Origin: a virus | DNA: 64,000 nt | Reading direction: 5' to 3' (one strand) | Virus record (IMG/VR): IMGVR_UViG_3300037418_002743 | Coordinates: 1 to 64,000 of that record | In this document: positions 25,392 through 35,860 of the stretch, in pieces | Layout of the letters: every line of letters begins with the position of its first letter | Position numbering within the stretch: position 1 is the first letter of the stretch | Translations under genes and position numbers: made by a program | Notes under the pieces: model-generated | Seen by the model: the letters and a program-made list of their open reading frames with translations, nothing else | What the model was told of the DNA's origin: nothing | Database searches by the model: none

Positions 25392-26276
25392 TCACCGCGG
25401 CATCTCCGGCGACTTGATCATCGTGGCGTACAGCTCGATCGAGGAGGTCCGCAGCCCGTCGAGGACCTCGGCGTGCCGGGCCTTCTCCGTCTCCATCACC
25501 GGGACCCCGTGCGCCTCCGCGCGGACGGCCGGGTTGCTCGTCAGTGCCAGGTCCAGGACCGTCTGGACAAGATTCCAGCCGGCGTCGTCACGGTTCCGGA
25601 AACCCGGATCCGAGTACGAGACCGCCGCGATGGCCGGGAACGCGGTGTCGTGCAGCGCCTTGAAGAGCGAGGCCGGGCCGCACGTCAGCCAGCGGCGCAT
25701 GGGGATCAGGTCCGAGGTCCTCGTGAGGCCCCACGCGACGACGGTCGCCCGGACGACGTGCTCCTCGGCGTTGGGCTGCCGCGGCGCGGTGATCCTGATC
25801 GAGGCGGACGTCTCGTCGTAGTGATAGCGGGTCGGCTGCGGGGCGATGCCGTACCGCTCGAGCTGGATGCAGGTGTCCGCGTAGACGATCGGGTCGTTCA
25901 GGTCCCGCAGCCGCCGCGCCAGGTGGTGTGCCCACCCCGCCATCGACGTGTCCAGGACCGTCGGCAGCCAGTGCCGGTACAGCCACCGGTGCGCCATCAC
26001 GGACCGGACGTACTCCTTCCCCTCCCCGGCGGTGCCGGGCAGGGACGGGATCAGCGCGAGCAGCTCCTGCCGGCGGGTGGTCGGGAGGGTGTCGTTCAGG
26101 GCGCGGCCGTAGCTGCCGAGGACCTGGTCAACGCACTTCGGGTGATCGGTGTGCTCCTCCCCGACGAGGTAGGCGACAGCCTCCATCAGGCACATCCCGT
26201 CCGCGCGGGTGTCGTGGTTGCCCTGCTTGAGCTCGATGTCGGCGTACCGCTCGGGGTCGATCGTGTAGTCGCTCAC
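25392..26276 (-). CDS. Hypothetical phage protein
   Basis: RBS GGAGAAG; G.H....GMCLMEAVAYLVGEEHTDHPKCV N-terminal domain. Confidence 0.7.
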   Translation of the reverse strand: MSDYTIDPERYADIELKQGNHDTRADGMCLMEAVAYLVGEEHTDHPKCVDQVLGSYGRALNDTLPTTRRQELLALIPSLPGTAGEGKEYVRSVMAHRWLYRHWLPTVLDTSMAGWAHHLARRLRDLNDPIVYADTCIQLERYGIAPQPTRYHYDETSASIRITAPRQPNAEEHVVRATVVAWGLTRTSDLIPMRRWLTCGPASLFKALHDTAFPAIAAVSYSDPGFRNRDDAGWNLVQTVLDLALTSNPAVRAEAHGVPVMETEKARHAEVLDGLRTSSIELYATMIKSPEMPR

Positions 26277-26308
26277 GTGTGTCTTCTCCAGGGGGTGGGA
26301 GGGATGGG

Positions 26309-26869
26309 TCAGGCGGACCAGGTCCAGTGCCGGAGCATCTGGGCCTGGGCGTCGGCGAGCTTCATCCGGCCGCCGCAGACGGCCCGATGCAGGGAGTTCT
26401 CCTCGACGTCCTTCGCGTGCGCTCCGGCGGTGCCGTCCCACGGCTCGGGCCAGAGGTTGTGCGGGTCGGTCGGGTTACCGCCGAGCTCGAGCGGGATGAG
26501 GTGATCGAGCTCGTACGCGGACATCGGGCCGGTGAGCCCGTACTGCGTGAGGTCCGTGCGCTTGAGCCCGTTGGTGTACGAGGTCGACGGGCGGACCGTC
26601 TTCGTCCAGCCGGAGCGGCAGATCGTGGACCCGATGTTCGCCTGCGTCACCGCGGCGTTCCGGACGCCCGGGGTGCAGCGGGTGTCGGCCTTACCGTCCC
26701 GCTCCTGGCACGACGACGCGGAGGCGGGCACGGCGGCCGCCGTGGTCGCCGCAGGGGCCGCGAGAGCGTGCGGGGCGGATGACGGGGCGGCGGCGGGGCC
26801 GCACCCCGCCAGCGCGGCGATGAGCGCCCCCGCGAGGGAGCCCATCGCCGCGCGGGCGAGGCCGCTCAC
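26309..26869 (-). CDS. Lipoprotein with HNH-like nuclease domain
   Basis: Lipobox LAGC; YELDHLIPLELGG..NLWPEP...KDVEEN. Confidence 0.75.
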   Translation of the reverse strand: MSGLARAAMGSLAGALIAALAGCGPAAAPSSAPHALAAPAATTAAAVPASASSCQERDGKADTRCTPGVRNAAVTQANIGSTICRSGWTKTVRPSTSYTNGLKRTDLTQYGLTGPMSAYELDHLIPLELGGNPTDPHNLWPEPWDGTAGAHAKDVEENSLHRAVCGGRMKLADAQAQMLRHWTWSA

Positions 26870-27444
26870 CGGCCCTGGCCCTTGCTGAACTGGAAGGTGG
26901 CGGGGCCGGTCGCGACGATCTGGCCCTTGCCGTCGTCCCAGGTCGCCGGGCCGAACTCGGTCTCGACCGGGCCCTCCCAGTAGGCGACGGTCGTGCCGCC
27001 GTTCCCGTCGACGCAGACGACGTAGGTGCCCTCCGACGTCGCCGGGGCGTAGACGCCGTTGGGGTCCATCTGCGGGACGGTGACCGTGCCGCCGGAGGAC
27101 CCGTACGGGGACACCATCTGCTCGGGGTTGGAGAGGCTCGCGGTGTTCGGGATCGGCACGCCAATCGAGGGGCACACCCGGATCGGCTTCGGGTTGCCCT
27201 GCTGGAAGAAGAAGCTCGTCGTCTGCACGCCCTTGGCCTGCGCCGTCTCGATCTCGATCAGGTTCTGGCGCATCTGGGAGTAGGTGACGTTCGGGATCGG
27301 CTGCCCGTTCACGACGTTCTGGGAGACGCTCTGCTGCTGGGCGTTCTCCTGCTTCTGCGCGGACGGGGTGCCGGTGCACCCGGCGAGGGCGAGGGCGGCG
27401 GCCGCGGTGATCGAGGCGGCCAGGGCGGTACGGCGGATGTTCAT
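26866..27444 (-). CDS. Lipoprotein
   Basis: MNIRRTALAASITAAAALALAGC lipobox. Confidence 0.75.
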   Translation of the reverse strand: MNIRRTALAASITAAAALALAGCTGTPSAQKQENAQQQSVSQNVVNGQPIPNVTYSQMRQNLIEIETAQAKGVQTTSFFFQQGNPKPIRVCPSIGVPIPNTASLSNPEQMVSPYGSSGGTVTVPQMDPNGVYAPATSEGTYVVCVDGNGGTTVAYWEGPVETEFGPATWDDGKGQIVATGPATFQFSKGQGR

Positions 27445-27452
27445 GAGGGACC

Positions 27453-27851
27453 TCAGCTCGCGTACTGGGAGGACTGGGAGACGGCGCCGGCGAAGCAGTT
27501 CGCGTCGGCGAACTGGTGCGTCGTGGCGTCGAGGCGGGTCGGGTCGCCGATGCCGGCGTACGTGGAGCACAGCTGCCCGAGGACGGCCCGGCGCTGGGCG
27601 CGGAGCGCGGCCGCGGTGCCCGGGTCGGCGGTGGAGATCTGCACGGTGATCTGGTTGATCGTCGTGACGTCCTGCGCGATCTGGGTCTGGTCGGCCTGGA
27701 CGCCGTAGGTGTCGTGGTTCAGCTCGACGCGGCGCTGCTGGGAGTCGGCGGTGAGCCACCAGCCGGCCTTGTAGCCGCCGAAGATGATCAGGGCGACGAA
27801 CGCGACGGCGACGAGCGCGGCCCCGGCGAGGCGTGAGAGGGCTCCGAACAC
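27453..27851 (-). CDS. Exported/membrane-anchored protein
   Basis: N-terminal TM helix; RBS GAAGGAG. Confidence 0.65.
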   Translation of the reverse strand: MFGALSRLAGAALVAVAFVALIIFGGYKAGWWLTADSQQRRVELNHDTYGVQADQTQIAQDVTTINQITVQISTADPGTAAALRAQRRAVLGQLCSTYAGIGDPTRLDATTHQFADANCFAGAVSQSSQYAS

Positions 27852-27890
27852 GGAGGGCTCCTTCGTGGGGTGGGAGGGAAGAGCGGCAGA

Positions 27891-28235
27891 TCAGGACACG
27901 CGGCGGCCGTCGACGTACTCGACGCCCTCCGCGGTGGACTCGTAGAGGTAGGCGTGCGCCCCGCCGAGGTCGACGCGGCACGGCACCGCCCGCTCCCCCG
28001 CCTTGATGAGCGGGTGCCGGGCCTCCTCGAAGTGCACCGAGATCCGGAGACCGACCTCGGGGTCGACGTAGGCGTAGACCTGCACTCCGGCGACGTCGAG
28101 CGCCGGCCGGGAGCCGCACGTGCAGGGGGTGTTGTGCACGGGCCCGTCGGGGCCGGCGGAGGTGCACGGCGCCTTCTGCGGGAGGAACTTCACGGAGCGG
28201 TTGATCGCGTCGGCCTGGGCCGGGGTGAGCGACAT
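27891..28235 (-). CDS. Hypothetical protein
   Basis: Start in CACTGCC-ATG context with upstream CCCTCCC. Confidence 0.6.
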   Translation of the reverse strand: MSLTPAQADAINRSVKFLPQKAPCTSAGPDGPVHNTPCTCGSRPALDVAGVQVYAYVDPEVGLRISVHFEEARHPLIKAGERAVPCRVDLGGAHAYLYESTAEGVEYVDGRRVS

Positions 28236-28269
28236 GGCAGTGCCTCTCGGGATAGGGAGGGGGTTGCGG

Positions 28270-28827
28270 TCAGGCGGTCTTCACGCCGACCGGGTCCGGG
28301 GTGGGGGACGCCTCCCGCGGGCCGCCGCCGCCTCCGCGGCAGTACGGGCACCACGGGACGACGCGGGCGTGGAACTGGACGGCCCACTCGTCGAAGACGA
28401 ACAGCGCCCAGAGCGGGACGGCGAGCCAGGCGAGGGCGTCGACGAGGTCGGCGGCGATGACGGTGACGAGCACGCCGATGCCGACCAGGCCGATGCGCCG
28501 GCGGGACCAGTGCACGAACCGGAGAGCCCGGTCCTTGCGCTTAACCTGCACGGGCGCGTCGTCGGGGACGCGGTCGAGGCACGTCGTGCAGAGCAGCTCG
28601 AAGTGCCTGATCGAGGCGGCCATCCCGCCGAACCAGGCGAAGTTGCAGGCGGCTCCGGTGAGGCCGGCGATCATCTGCGCGTGGTACGGGAGCCCGTGCG
28701 GCCCGACGGCGTAGAAGGCGACGGTCTCGAACACCGAGATGACCAGGCACGACACGGTCAGCGCGAGCCGGTGATGAGCGAGCCACATCACCGCGGGCCG
28801 CTCGTTGGCGGCGTCGGCGAGCGACAT
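28270..28827 (-). CDS. Multi-TM membrane protein with CxxC motifs
   Basis: Four hydrophobic helices; CTTC and CPYC. Confidence 0.6.
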   Translation of the reverse strand: MSLADAANERPAVMWLAHHRLALTVSCLVISVFETVAFYAVGPHGLPYHAQMIAGLTGAACNFAWFGGMAASIRHFELLCTTCLDRVPDDAPVQVKRKDRALRFVHWSRRRIGLVGIGVLVTVIAADLVDALAWLAVPLWALFVFDEWAVQFHARVVPWCPYCRGGGGGPREASPTPDPVGVKTA

Positions 28828-29140
28828 CAGGCTGCCTCCTCGTCCTGGTCGTCATCCTCGTCGTCCCAGCCGCACTCGCAGCCGCCGCAGTCCGGGCAGG
28901 GGGTCGGCTCGCACCGGTCATGGACGAGCGCCCAGTGGTCCCAGTGCACGGGGTCGAGGCGGAGGGAGAGGCGGAGCAGCTTCACCGAGGTCTGACAGGA
29001 CATCCAGTGACGCCCGGCGGGTTCGCTGACGAACGGGTCGATCGACACGATCCGGTAGGTGCGGCGCGGCGTCTGGATCCGGGACAGCTTCCCGGAGAGC
29101 CAGAAGACGGCCTTCGACGCGCGGGTCGAGCGGATGCGGA

Positions 29141-29536
29141 CTAGAGCCACTTCGCCACCCCGTGATGGTGCGAGCACGCGCCCTGGTGGTGCAGCGGGTG
29201 CGTGACGGTGCCGTCGTTGCAGACCGCGGTGTCTCCGGGCACGACGTCCGGGGCGTGGTTCGGGACGTCGACGGCGCCGCCGGAGTCGGTGGGCTCCGCG
29301 GGCAGCGGAGCCGGCGCGACGGTCGTCGTCGTGATGAGCGGCCGCCACGTCGCCGTGGTCGTCGGCGCGATCGTCGTCGTCGGGATGGAGGCGGCCGGAG
29401 CGATCGTGACCGTGGTCGGGGTCGTGTAGCTCGTCGCCGGTACGGAGGCCGCGCCTCCGCAGGCGCGGCCGAGCCCGGCGATAGCGAGCACCCCGAGGAT
29501 GCTCCCGCCGATGATCTTCTTCTTGCGGCTCATCAT
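29141..29536 (-). CDS. Exported DUF3761-like protein
   Basis: TM helix, Thr/Pro linker, TAVCNDGT...GACSHHHGVAKWL. Confidence 0.75.
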   Translation of the reverse strand: MMSRKKKIIGGSILGVLAIAGLGRACGGAASVPATSYTTPTTVTIAPAASIPTTTIAPTTTATWRPLITTTTVAPAPLPAEPTDSGGAVDVPNHAPDVVPGDTAVCNDGTVTHPLHHQGACSHHHGVAKWL

Positions 29537-30226
29537 CGGGCCCTCAGCAGTGCGGGTTGCGCCGGTAGTTCGCATCCGCGGCGACGTGCCAGAACTCCAT
29601 CCACTCCCAGCGGATGCGAGCCCAGAGACCGCGCGGAGGCGTCGGCGGGTGGGGCTTCTTCTTGCGGCTCACGGGGTGTCCTTTCACCAGAACCAGAGGG
29701 CGTCAGCGAGGGCGTCGAGGAACTCGGCGAGCAGCTCCCAGCACCAGAAGCGGTCGGAGGGGGCGGAGGGCCGGCGCCGGCGACGCTTGCGGCTCACCTG
29801 AGGTCGCGGCCGGCGAGCCGCGGGTGCAGCTCTCGGGCGGTGGCGACGACGGAGTCCCAGATCGGGGCGACCGCGACGGCTCCGATCCCGCGGACGGTCG
29901 CGATCCGGGAGAGGTAGTTGCCGTCCGCGTCGAAGGCGAGGACGTAGAGCCGGTTCGGGTCGGCGGCGCAGCGGAAGACGCCGAGGACGAGGTCCCCGCC
30001 GATGCGCTGCTCGATGAGCGGGTCTTCGCCGGGGCGGATCGGGGGCGCGAAGTCCCAGGCGTTCGGGGTAGGCGCGATGGCCAGGTCAGTGGGCACGAGG
30101 GCTCCTTCTCGATGCGGGAGGGACGGGACGAGGGGCGCTGGCAGGCACTCCCTCATCGCTGACACGATCGTACCCCCTGACCTGGTGCGGTCAAGGGGTA
30201 CGACGCTCCCGCGGTGTGCGGTGCGC

Positions 30227-30769
30227 TTACCGGTAGCTGCGGATCGGCCGGTGATCCGGCACCGCCGGGAGCTTCTGACCGGTGATCGCCGCCTGCCCGC
30301 GCCACGCCGGCCCCCACGAGCGGCCGCGCGGCTCCGCGACCGCCGGCGCCGGCTCCCGCGGCTCCGGGATGTCCGCCGGGACCTCCCAGCCGCCCGGGTC
30401 CTCGTCGACGGCCGGGCCGTAGAGCGCGCGCTCGCGGGCGTCCCGGCCCCGGAGCACCCGCTCCGCGTGCGAGGTGATGCGGACCGACCGGAGCAGCTGC
30501 ACGAGCAGCCACACCCCGATCGGGACGGCGATCGCGGAGGCGCCCAGCACCGCCGCCGTGGTGAGCCCCACGGCGTGCAGGACCGCGACGGTGCCCAGCC
30601 AGGGCACGACGACCCCGGCGGTGGCCCAGCGGGCGCGGGTGCGGATCAGAGCGGCCGGAGTGCCCAGGACGACGTCCCGGCCGACGCCGCGGGCGTGCCG
30701 GAGCAGCACCCAGCGGTTCGACTCGAACCGTTCGAGGTCGGTGCCCGTGCGGGCGAGCTCGGAGGACAT
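30227..30769 (-). CDS. Membrane protein
   Basis: RBS GAAGGAG; two TM helices. Confidence 0.55.
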   Translation of the reverse strand: MSSELARTGTDLERFESNRWVLLRHARGVGRDVVLGTPAALIRTRARWATAGVVVPWLGTVAVLHAVGLTTAAVLGASAIAVPIGVWLLVQLLRSVRITSHAERVLRGRDARERALYGPAVDEDPGGWEVPADIPEPREPAPAVAEPRGRSWGPAWRGQAAITGQKLPAVPDHRPIRSYR

Positions 30770-31472
30770 GGATGGTCTCCTTCGAGAGAGCGGGATGGGA
30801 GGGAAGGACTACGAGCGGAACAGGCTCAGGAGGAGCCGGACGCCGACGACGATCCAGAACGCGCAGTAGGCGTAGCCGACGACGAGGTACACCGCGAAGA
30901 GCGCCATCAGAACGGGTACGCGCAGGTAGGGCAGACCGCGGTGACCTCCCCCGCGCCCAGGTCGGCGACGAGGTGCACCGGGTACCAGGACTGCGCGAGC
31001 ATGCCGGCGTCCCGGTAGCCGATCGGCCTGTGGCAGTTGAAGCAGAACCGCGGCTCCGCGGCCTCCGCGATCCCCTGCACGAGGTCGAGGACGGGCGCGG
31101 GCCAGTCCGTGTAGAGCGGGTGGATCCGCCACCCGCCGTCGGGGAGCCCGTGCCCGAGCGGGTCGATGTAGCAGCGCGGGTGCTCGATCACCACCCAATG
31201 CGTGACCTCCCCGACGGGGAAGAGCGGGATCGGCTGGTCCCCCGCATCCCGCAGCTCGGCGTGCGGGTCCTCCAGCGGCTCAGCCACTCTGCCGTCCCAG
31301 GTAGAAGCGCTTCGCCGAGACGATCGCGTCGACCCGCGCCCGGCCGCCGGTGCGCACCGTGCTGCAGAGACGGCGGCGGATCCCCGGCGGCAGCTCCGCC
31401 CAGCAGTCCGGGCAGGAGAAGAGGCGGTCCGGGACGGTGCTCCCGCAGCCGCCCGGGCACCGGTGCTGACCC

Positions 31473-31859
31473 TCAGGCATCGGTCCGCCCCCCGAGGAAG
31501 GCGTCGACGTCCATGTCTCCGCGCTCGTGCCGCTGCTCCCCCGCCGACCGGCCGGGCTGGAGCGGCCCGTGCAGCTTCTTCCCCGCGACCATCGCCTCGA
31601 GGAAGTGCTGCACGGGCCAGTCCATGACCTGCTCGTCGGACCGCCACTCCGCCTCCGTCGGGCCGTCCGCCCCGAGGGTGAACACGGACCAGCAGAGCGG
31701 GCCCCGGCCGACCTTGAGCGCGCGGCGGGCCGCCGGGTCGTGCCGACGCTCCCAGGTGAACGGCGGCTCCAGCCGGATCGTCATGAACCGATCCGTCGCC
31801 GGGTCGCCCAGCTCGGCGCCCTTCGGGCCGGCGTAGAACTCGGGCTCGATCTCCGTCAC
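31473..31859 (-). CDS. Hypothetical protein
   Basis: GTG start with AAGGAGG RBS. Confidence 0.55.
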   Translation of the reverse strand: MTEIEPEFYAGPKGAELGDPATDRFMTIRLEPPFTWERRHDPAARRALKVGRGPLCWSVFTLGADGPTEAEWRSDEQVMDWPVQHFLEAMVAGKKLHGPLQPGRSAGEQRHERGDMDVDAFLGGRTDA

Positions 31860-32278
31860 CGACGGACCTCCTTGGCAGTGCGGGGCGCGGTGCTCACGCC
31901 GTAGTCGATGACCTGGATCCCGGCGCGGCGGGCGGCCCGGGCGCAGTGCCCGGTGCCGGACGCCCAGTCCGACGCGAAGGCCAGGCAGACGGTCGCGCCG
32001 AGATCGACCATGTGCTGATTGCGGGCCTTCGGGTCGGTGAACCAGCGGGCCGGATACACCTCCGCCTCGGCGACGGCGTTCGCGTTCGTCCTGATCGCGC
32101 GGCTGCGGAGGCTCCGCCAGTGCGCGTCGGCGATCCGGTCCGCGCCGGGGGCGTCCCCGTGGACGAGCACGGGGAGCCCCACGGAGGCGTACGTAGCGAG
32201 CGCGGTGTCGATCGCGTCCATGACGGTGCGGTAGTCCGTCCACCGGCGGGAGCCGGTGATGAGGATCCGGAGGGTCAC
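31856..32278 (-). CDS. SLOG-family (DUF2493/YspA-like) protein
   Basis: RILITGSRRW...LVHGDAPGAD...RNQHMV...SGTGHC. Confidence 0.8.
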   Translation of the reverse strand: MTLRILITGSRRWTDYRTVMDAIDTALATYASVGLPVLVHGDAPGADRIADAHWRSLRSRAIRTNANAVAEAEVYPARWFTDPKARNQHMVDLGATVCLAFASDWASGTGHCARAARRAGIQVIDYGVSTAPRTAKEVRR

Positions 32279-32506
32279 CGCCGACCCCCCTTCCAGCGGG
32301 GCGGGGCGGCGTCGAGGAGGCGCAGCCACCGGGTGATCTGCGGGACTCCGACCAGGCGGACCCCGAGGCGCCACCGCACCCGGCAGTCCCGCGGGCAGCG
32401 CATGATCGTGCGGGGGCCGGCGGCCCGGTCCCAGTCCCGGACGGCGAGGCCGTGACACCCCGGGCAGAGGTGCGGAGTGTCGGTGTTCCGCTGCACCCAG
32501 CGGGCG

Positions 32507-32851
32507 TCAGGCACCGTCCGCCTCCCCTGCCAGGGCAGCCGCCGCCAGCTCGGGGTACCTCTGCACGAGCTCGACGACCCTCTTCCGCTCCCACTCCTCA
32601 TGCCGGGCGGCGGCCGCTGCCTCCCGCCTCCGCCGATCCGCCACCTCCTCGTCGGTCGCGGGGCGCGTCCAGCCGACGAGCCCGGAGTGGATCGTCATGT
32701 CCCCGAGCCTGTTATCCGGCGCGAGGTCCCGGAGGTGCGCGAGCAGCTGGTCGAGGGTCGGGACGCCGTCCCAGGTCAGCCGCATCGAGATCAGGTCGTT
32801 GCCCTTCGACTGCCACGACCGCATGGGGTCGCGCCACTTCAGCTCAGCCAC
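32507..32851 (-). CDS. Hypothetical protein
   Basis: Coupled ORF in operon. Confidence 0.5.
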   Translation of the reverse strand: MAELKWRDPMRSWQSKGNDLISMRLTWDGVPTLDQLLAHLRDLAPDNRLGDMTIHSGLVGWTRPATDEEVADRRRREAAAAARHEEWERKRVVELVQRYPELAAAALAGEADGA

Positions 32852-33414
32852 TGCAGCGCACCCCTTCCGGCGGGGTGGGCATGACGACGCGGGCGTGCCC
32901 GTCGCGGTACCAGGTGCAGCCGTCGTGGCTGCAGAACACGGTGTGGTGGGTCGGGCAGCCCCGCAGGTAGTTGTGCACCGGGACGATCGACGGGCCGGCA
33001 GGGTCGGCGAGGGCGATCGACCCGGAATCGGAGCGCGGCCGCCCGTTCCAGGTCTCGATGACGTCCCGGCCGAGGTCCCGCACGACGTCGGCGATCCGCT
33101 GCAGCTCGCCCTCGGTGTAGCCGTTGGCCAGCTCCCAGCAGCGGTCGTCGAGGGCGGCCGGCCAGCGATAGACCTTGTGCACCACCTCGACGACGATCAC
33201 CGGCAGCCCGGCGGCGGCACCGCCGAGGCCGGACGGGACTAGGGATACCGAGCGGTTGACCGCGTCGCTGTAGACCGTGACCCCGAGGTGGTGCTGCACC
33301 CCGTCCGTGGGCTGCTCGGTCTCGTAGAGCCAGGTGAGCCCGGCAGCGAGAGCCGGGCGGAGCAGGTTGACGTCGATCGGCGGCGCGTCCGGCACCGGCA
33401 GGGACGTGGGGGCG

Positions 33415-33855
33415 TCAGTCCGCAAGGGGGTTCTCCTCGATGTCGTAGAGCCCGACCGCCTGCGCCTCGTCGACGAGCAGGCAAAGGTGGCAGGTGAGAC
33501 CGTCGATCCCGGGCCGCCGCTCCTTGCCGCACCTCTCGCAGGTGCCGCGGGCGGCGGCGACGGAGGCGCGGACAACCTGGCGAATCACCCGGCGCACGTT
33601 CCCGATCGACCCCGGAGCGACGTGCTGCTCGAGCAGCTCGGCGAGCTCGTCATCGGTCGGCCCGACCTCCCGCGGCACGGGCACGGCGGACGGGGCGTGG
33701 GCCCGCTCCCAGCAGTCGAGGAGCGCGTCGAGGGCGGCCGGGAGGATCAGGGCGGCCCCGGCCGGGATCGGGCGGCCTCCGCCGTTCTGGCGGCCGAGAG
33801 TCGCGGCCTCCCTGAGCACGGGGACGGGCACGCCGGCGGGTGGATCAGGCAGCAC
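33415..33855 (-). CDS. Hypothetical protein with CxxC pairs
   Basis: CERC and CHLC; coupled. Confidence 0.5.
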   Translation of the reverse strand: MLPDPPAGVPVPVLREAATLGRQNGGGRPIPAGAALILPAALDALLDCWERAHAPSAVPVPREVGPTDDELAELLEQHVAPGSIGNVRRVIRQVVRASVAAARGTCERCGKERRPGIDGLTCHLCLLVDEAQAVGLYDIEENPLAD

Positions 33856-34186
33856 GGCCGGTCACCGCCTGGTACGTGTCGGCGCAGCACAGCTCGGAAC
33901 AGCAGGCGTGCTTGACCCGGATGAACTGACCGGTGCGGGCCCACAACGCGAACTGGTCCGGATCGGGGTGCGGGAGCCGGTGCTCGCAGATCCGGTAGAA
34001 CGCCTTGACGGTCTGCAGCCAGATGAGCGGCCAGGCACGCATCCCGTGATCGGTCGGGTGGTGGATCACGCACGGCTCGTCCGCGCAGATGTCCGGGGCG
34101 TGGACGTCCTTGAGCAGGAGGTTCCCGCAGAACGCCTCCGACCCCAGCACGACGAAGACGTCGTGCCGGGGGCCGGAGACGCTCAC
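33845..34186 (-). CDS. Cys/His-rich hypothetical protein
   Basis: PCVIHHPTDHGM...RICEH..HPDPD. Confidence 0.6.
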   Translation of the reverse strand: MSVSGPRHDVFVVLGSEAFCGNLLLKDVHAPDICADEPCVIHHPTDHGMRAWPLIWLQTVKAFYRICEHRLPHPDPDQFALWARTGQFIRVKHACCSELCCADTYQAVTGRAA

Positions 34187-34416
34187 CGCGTGCCGCCGGT
34201 GAGCCGGATCGAGCGGGCCTCGCCGGGGGTGCGGGTGATGCGGCCCTTCCGCTGCAGCTCGTCGAGCTGGTAGGCGACCGTGGAGAGCGACGAGAGCCCG
34301 GTGTGGGCGGCGATCTCGCGGACCGACGGGGAGTAGCCGACCTCACCGATCCGGGCCCGGATGTAGTCGAGGATCCGGGTCTGCCGCTCCGTGAGCGCGG
34401 GCGCCGGCGCGGTCAC
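34183..34416 (-). CDS. Stand-alone LexA-type DNA-binding domain
   Basis: LTERQTRILDYI...GYSPSVREIA...GLSSLSTVAYQLDELQRKGRI...ARSI; no peptidase domain. Confidence 0.85.
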   Translation of the reverse strand: MTAPAPALTERQTRILDYIRARIGEVGYSPSVREIAAHTGLSSLSTVAYQLDELQRKGRITRTPGEARSIRLTGGTR

Positions 34417-35288
34417 TGCTCGTCCTTCGTGGGCTCCTCGGGGAGCCAGTACATCCCGAAGTCGGGGTGGTCCTTCTCGGTGCGCTTCCCGCCGCCCTGC
34501 AGTACGCCGGCCTTCACCAGCTCCGCGCAGGCGTTCGGGATGCGGGTCGACAGCCGCCCGTCCTCGGTCTCCTTCGGGTAGCCGAGGTTCTTCCGGACGT
34601 TCTCCGGGGACATCCGGATCCCGCGCGGCAGGCTCTCGAAGAACGCCTGGACGTCACGGCGGGTCTGCTCCGCGCGGCTGATCGGCTTCTCCGTGGAGGC
34701 GGCGGGGAGCCCTGCCTCCAGCTCGCTGATCCGCTTCTCCGCGGCGGTGAGGTCCTTGCGGAGGCTCCGGATCTCGCGGACGTCGGCGGCCTGCTTGGTC
34801 TCCAGCGCGGTGACCCTGCTGCGCAGCTCGGAGAGGGTCCCCTCGGCGGGGAGCCGCTTCTCGACCTCCGCGAGGAGGCCGAACAGGGTGTCGAGCTTCT
34901 CCTCGATCTCGTCGTTCGTGGGGACCGTCGGCAGCTTCAGTGGTGGGGGGAGCGAGACTGCTGCGCGCTGCTTCGGCATGACTGCGGGGGTCGACATGGC
35001 AGTGTCGTCCTTCTCGTGGGAGGGATGGGGCGGGGGAGCCGGCCGCTCGGCCTTCGGGGAGGCGGCGTCCGGGTAGAGATCCCAGCCGGAGCGGCGCAGC
35101 TGGGAGATGATGTTCGGTAGCTCGGTGCCGCCGCGGATGCGGCCCGGGACCCTGATCGGGGCGCGGTCCACAGCCTGATCCCGCGGGTAGACCAGGAAGG
35201 ACCCGGAGGACATGTCGCGGGTCTTCGCCCCGAGCCCGTCAAGCCGGGACTTGATCTCCGGGGCTGTCAGCGCCTTCCGGCTGGCCAT
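34413..35288 (-). CDS. Multidomain protein: HicA-like N-terminus, coiled coil, C-terminal wHTH
   Basis: N-terminal FLVYP..PIRVP...NIISQLRRSGW; internal RBS plus ATG at 34997. Confidence 0.55.
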   Translation of the reverse strand: MASRKALTAPEIKSRLDGLGAKTRDMSSGSFLVYPRDQAVDRAPIRVPGRIRGGTELPNIISQLRRSGWDLYPDAASPKAERPAPPPHPSHEKDDTAMSTPAVMPKQRAAVSLPPPLKLPTVPTNDEIEEKLDTLFGLLAEVEKRLPAEGTLSELRSRVTALETKQAADVREIRSLRKDLTAAEKRISELEAGLPAASTEKPISRAEQTRRDVQAFFESLPRGIRMSPENVRKNLGYPKETEDGRLSTRIPNACAELVKAGVLQGGGKRTEKDHPDFGMYWLPEEPTKDEQ

Positions 35289-35353
35289 CCGGGGTCCCTT
35301 CCTGATCGGGGTGATGGGGTGCTCGTTGCCCGGCGATAGATCCCACTGGGGCA

Positions 35354-35860
35354 TCAGCGGTCCGGGTCGTCGCAGCAGCCCGCGCCCTTCACGTGCCGCA
35401 GCACCGCGGCGCGGACGTAGAACAGGCCGTGGTCCCCGCCAGGGCGGGTCCGCTGGGTGTGCTCGGACGGCGGCTCGTAGCCCTCGGGGGTGGTGGCGGC
35501 CGGGCCCTTCCAGTAGCGCCGCACGGGCCGCCCGGGCACCTCGCTGACCGACCACTCCCGGTCGAGCACGATCCCGACGCTCCAGTACCCGCGGATCTGG
35601 TTGAAGTCGACGTCGCGGACGGTCGCGAGGGCGCCGGGGACGAGGCACTCCCGGTAGCGCCACCAGCCGGAATGCTGCTCGATCTGCATCCCCCGCTTGC
35701 GGATCCGCACCCGACAGCCGGGCCCGTAGTCGATCCCGGCCTTGCGGATCGCCCAGGCCCGGATCGCCTCCGCCTTCCGCTGCTCCGAGCGGAGGTTGCC
35801 GAAGTCGATGCGGTCGAGCGCGGCGAGCAGCTCCGCCGGGTCCTTGATCGTGTCGGTCAT
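35354..35860 (-). CDS. Hypothetical protein
   Basis: Coupled ORF. Confidence 0.55.
   Translation of the reverse strand: MTDTIKDPAELLAALDRIDFGNLRSEQRKAEAIRAWAIRKAGIDYGPGCRVRIRKRGMQIEQHSGWWRYRECLVPGALATVRDVDFNQIRGYWSVGIVLDREWSVSEVPGRPVRRYWKGPAATTPEGYEPPSEHTQRTRPGGDHGLFYVRAAVLRHVKGAGCCDDPDR

Noticed and set aside
30723-30735. SOS-box-like TCGAAC-C-GTTCGA
   Set aside because: The spacer is 1 nt rather than 4 and the site is inside a CDS.
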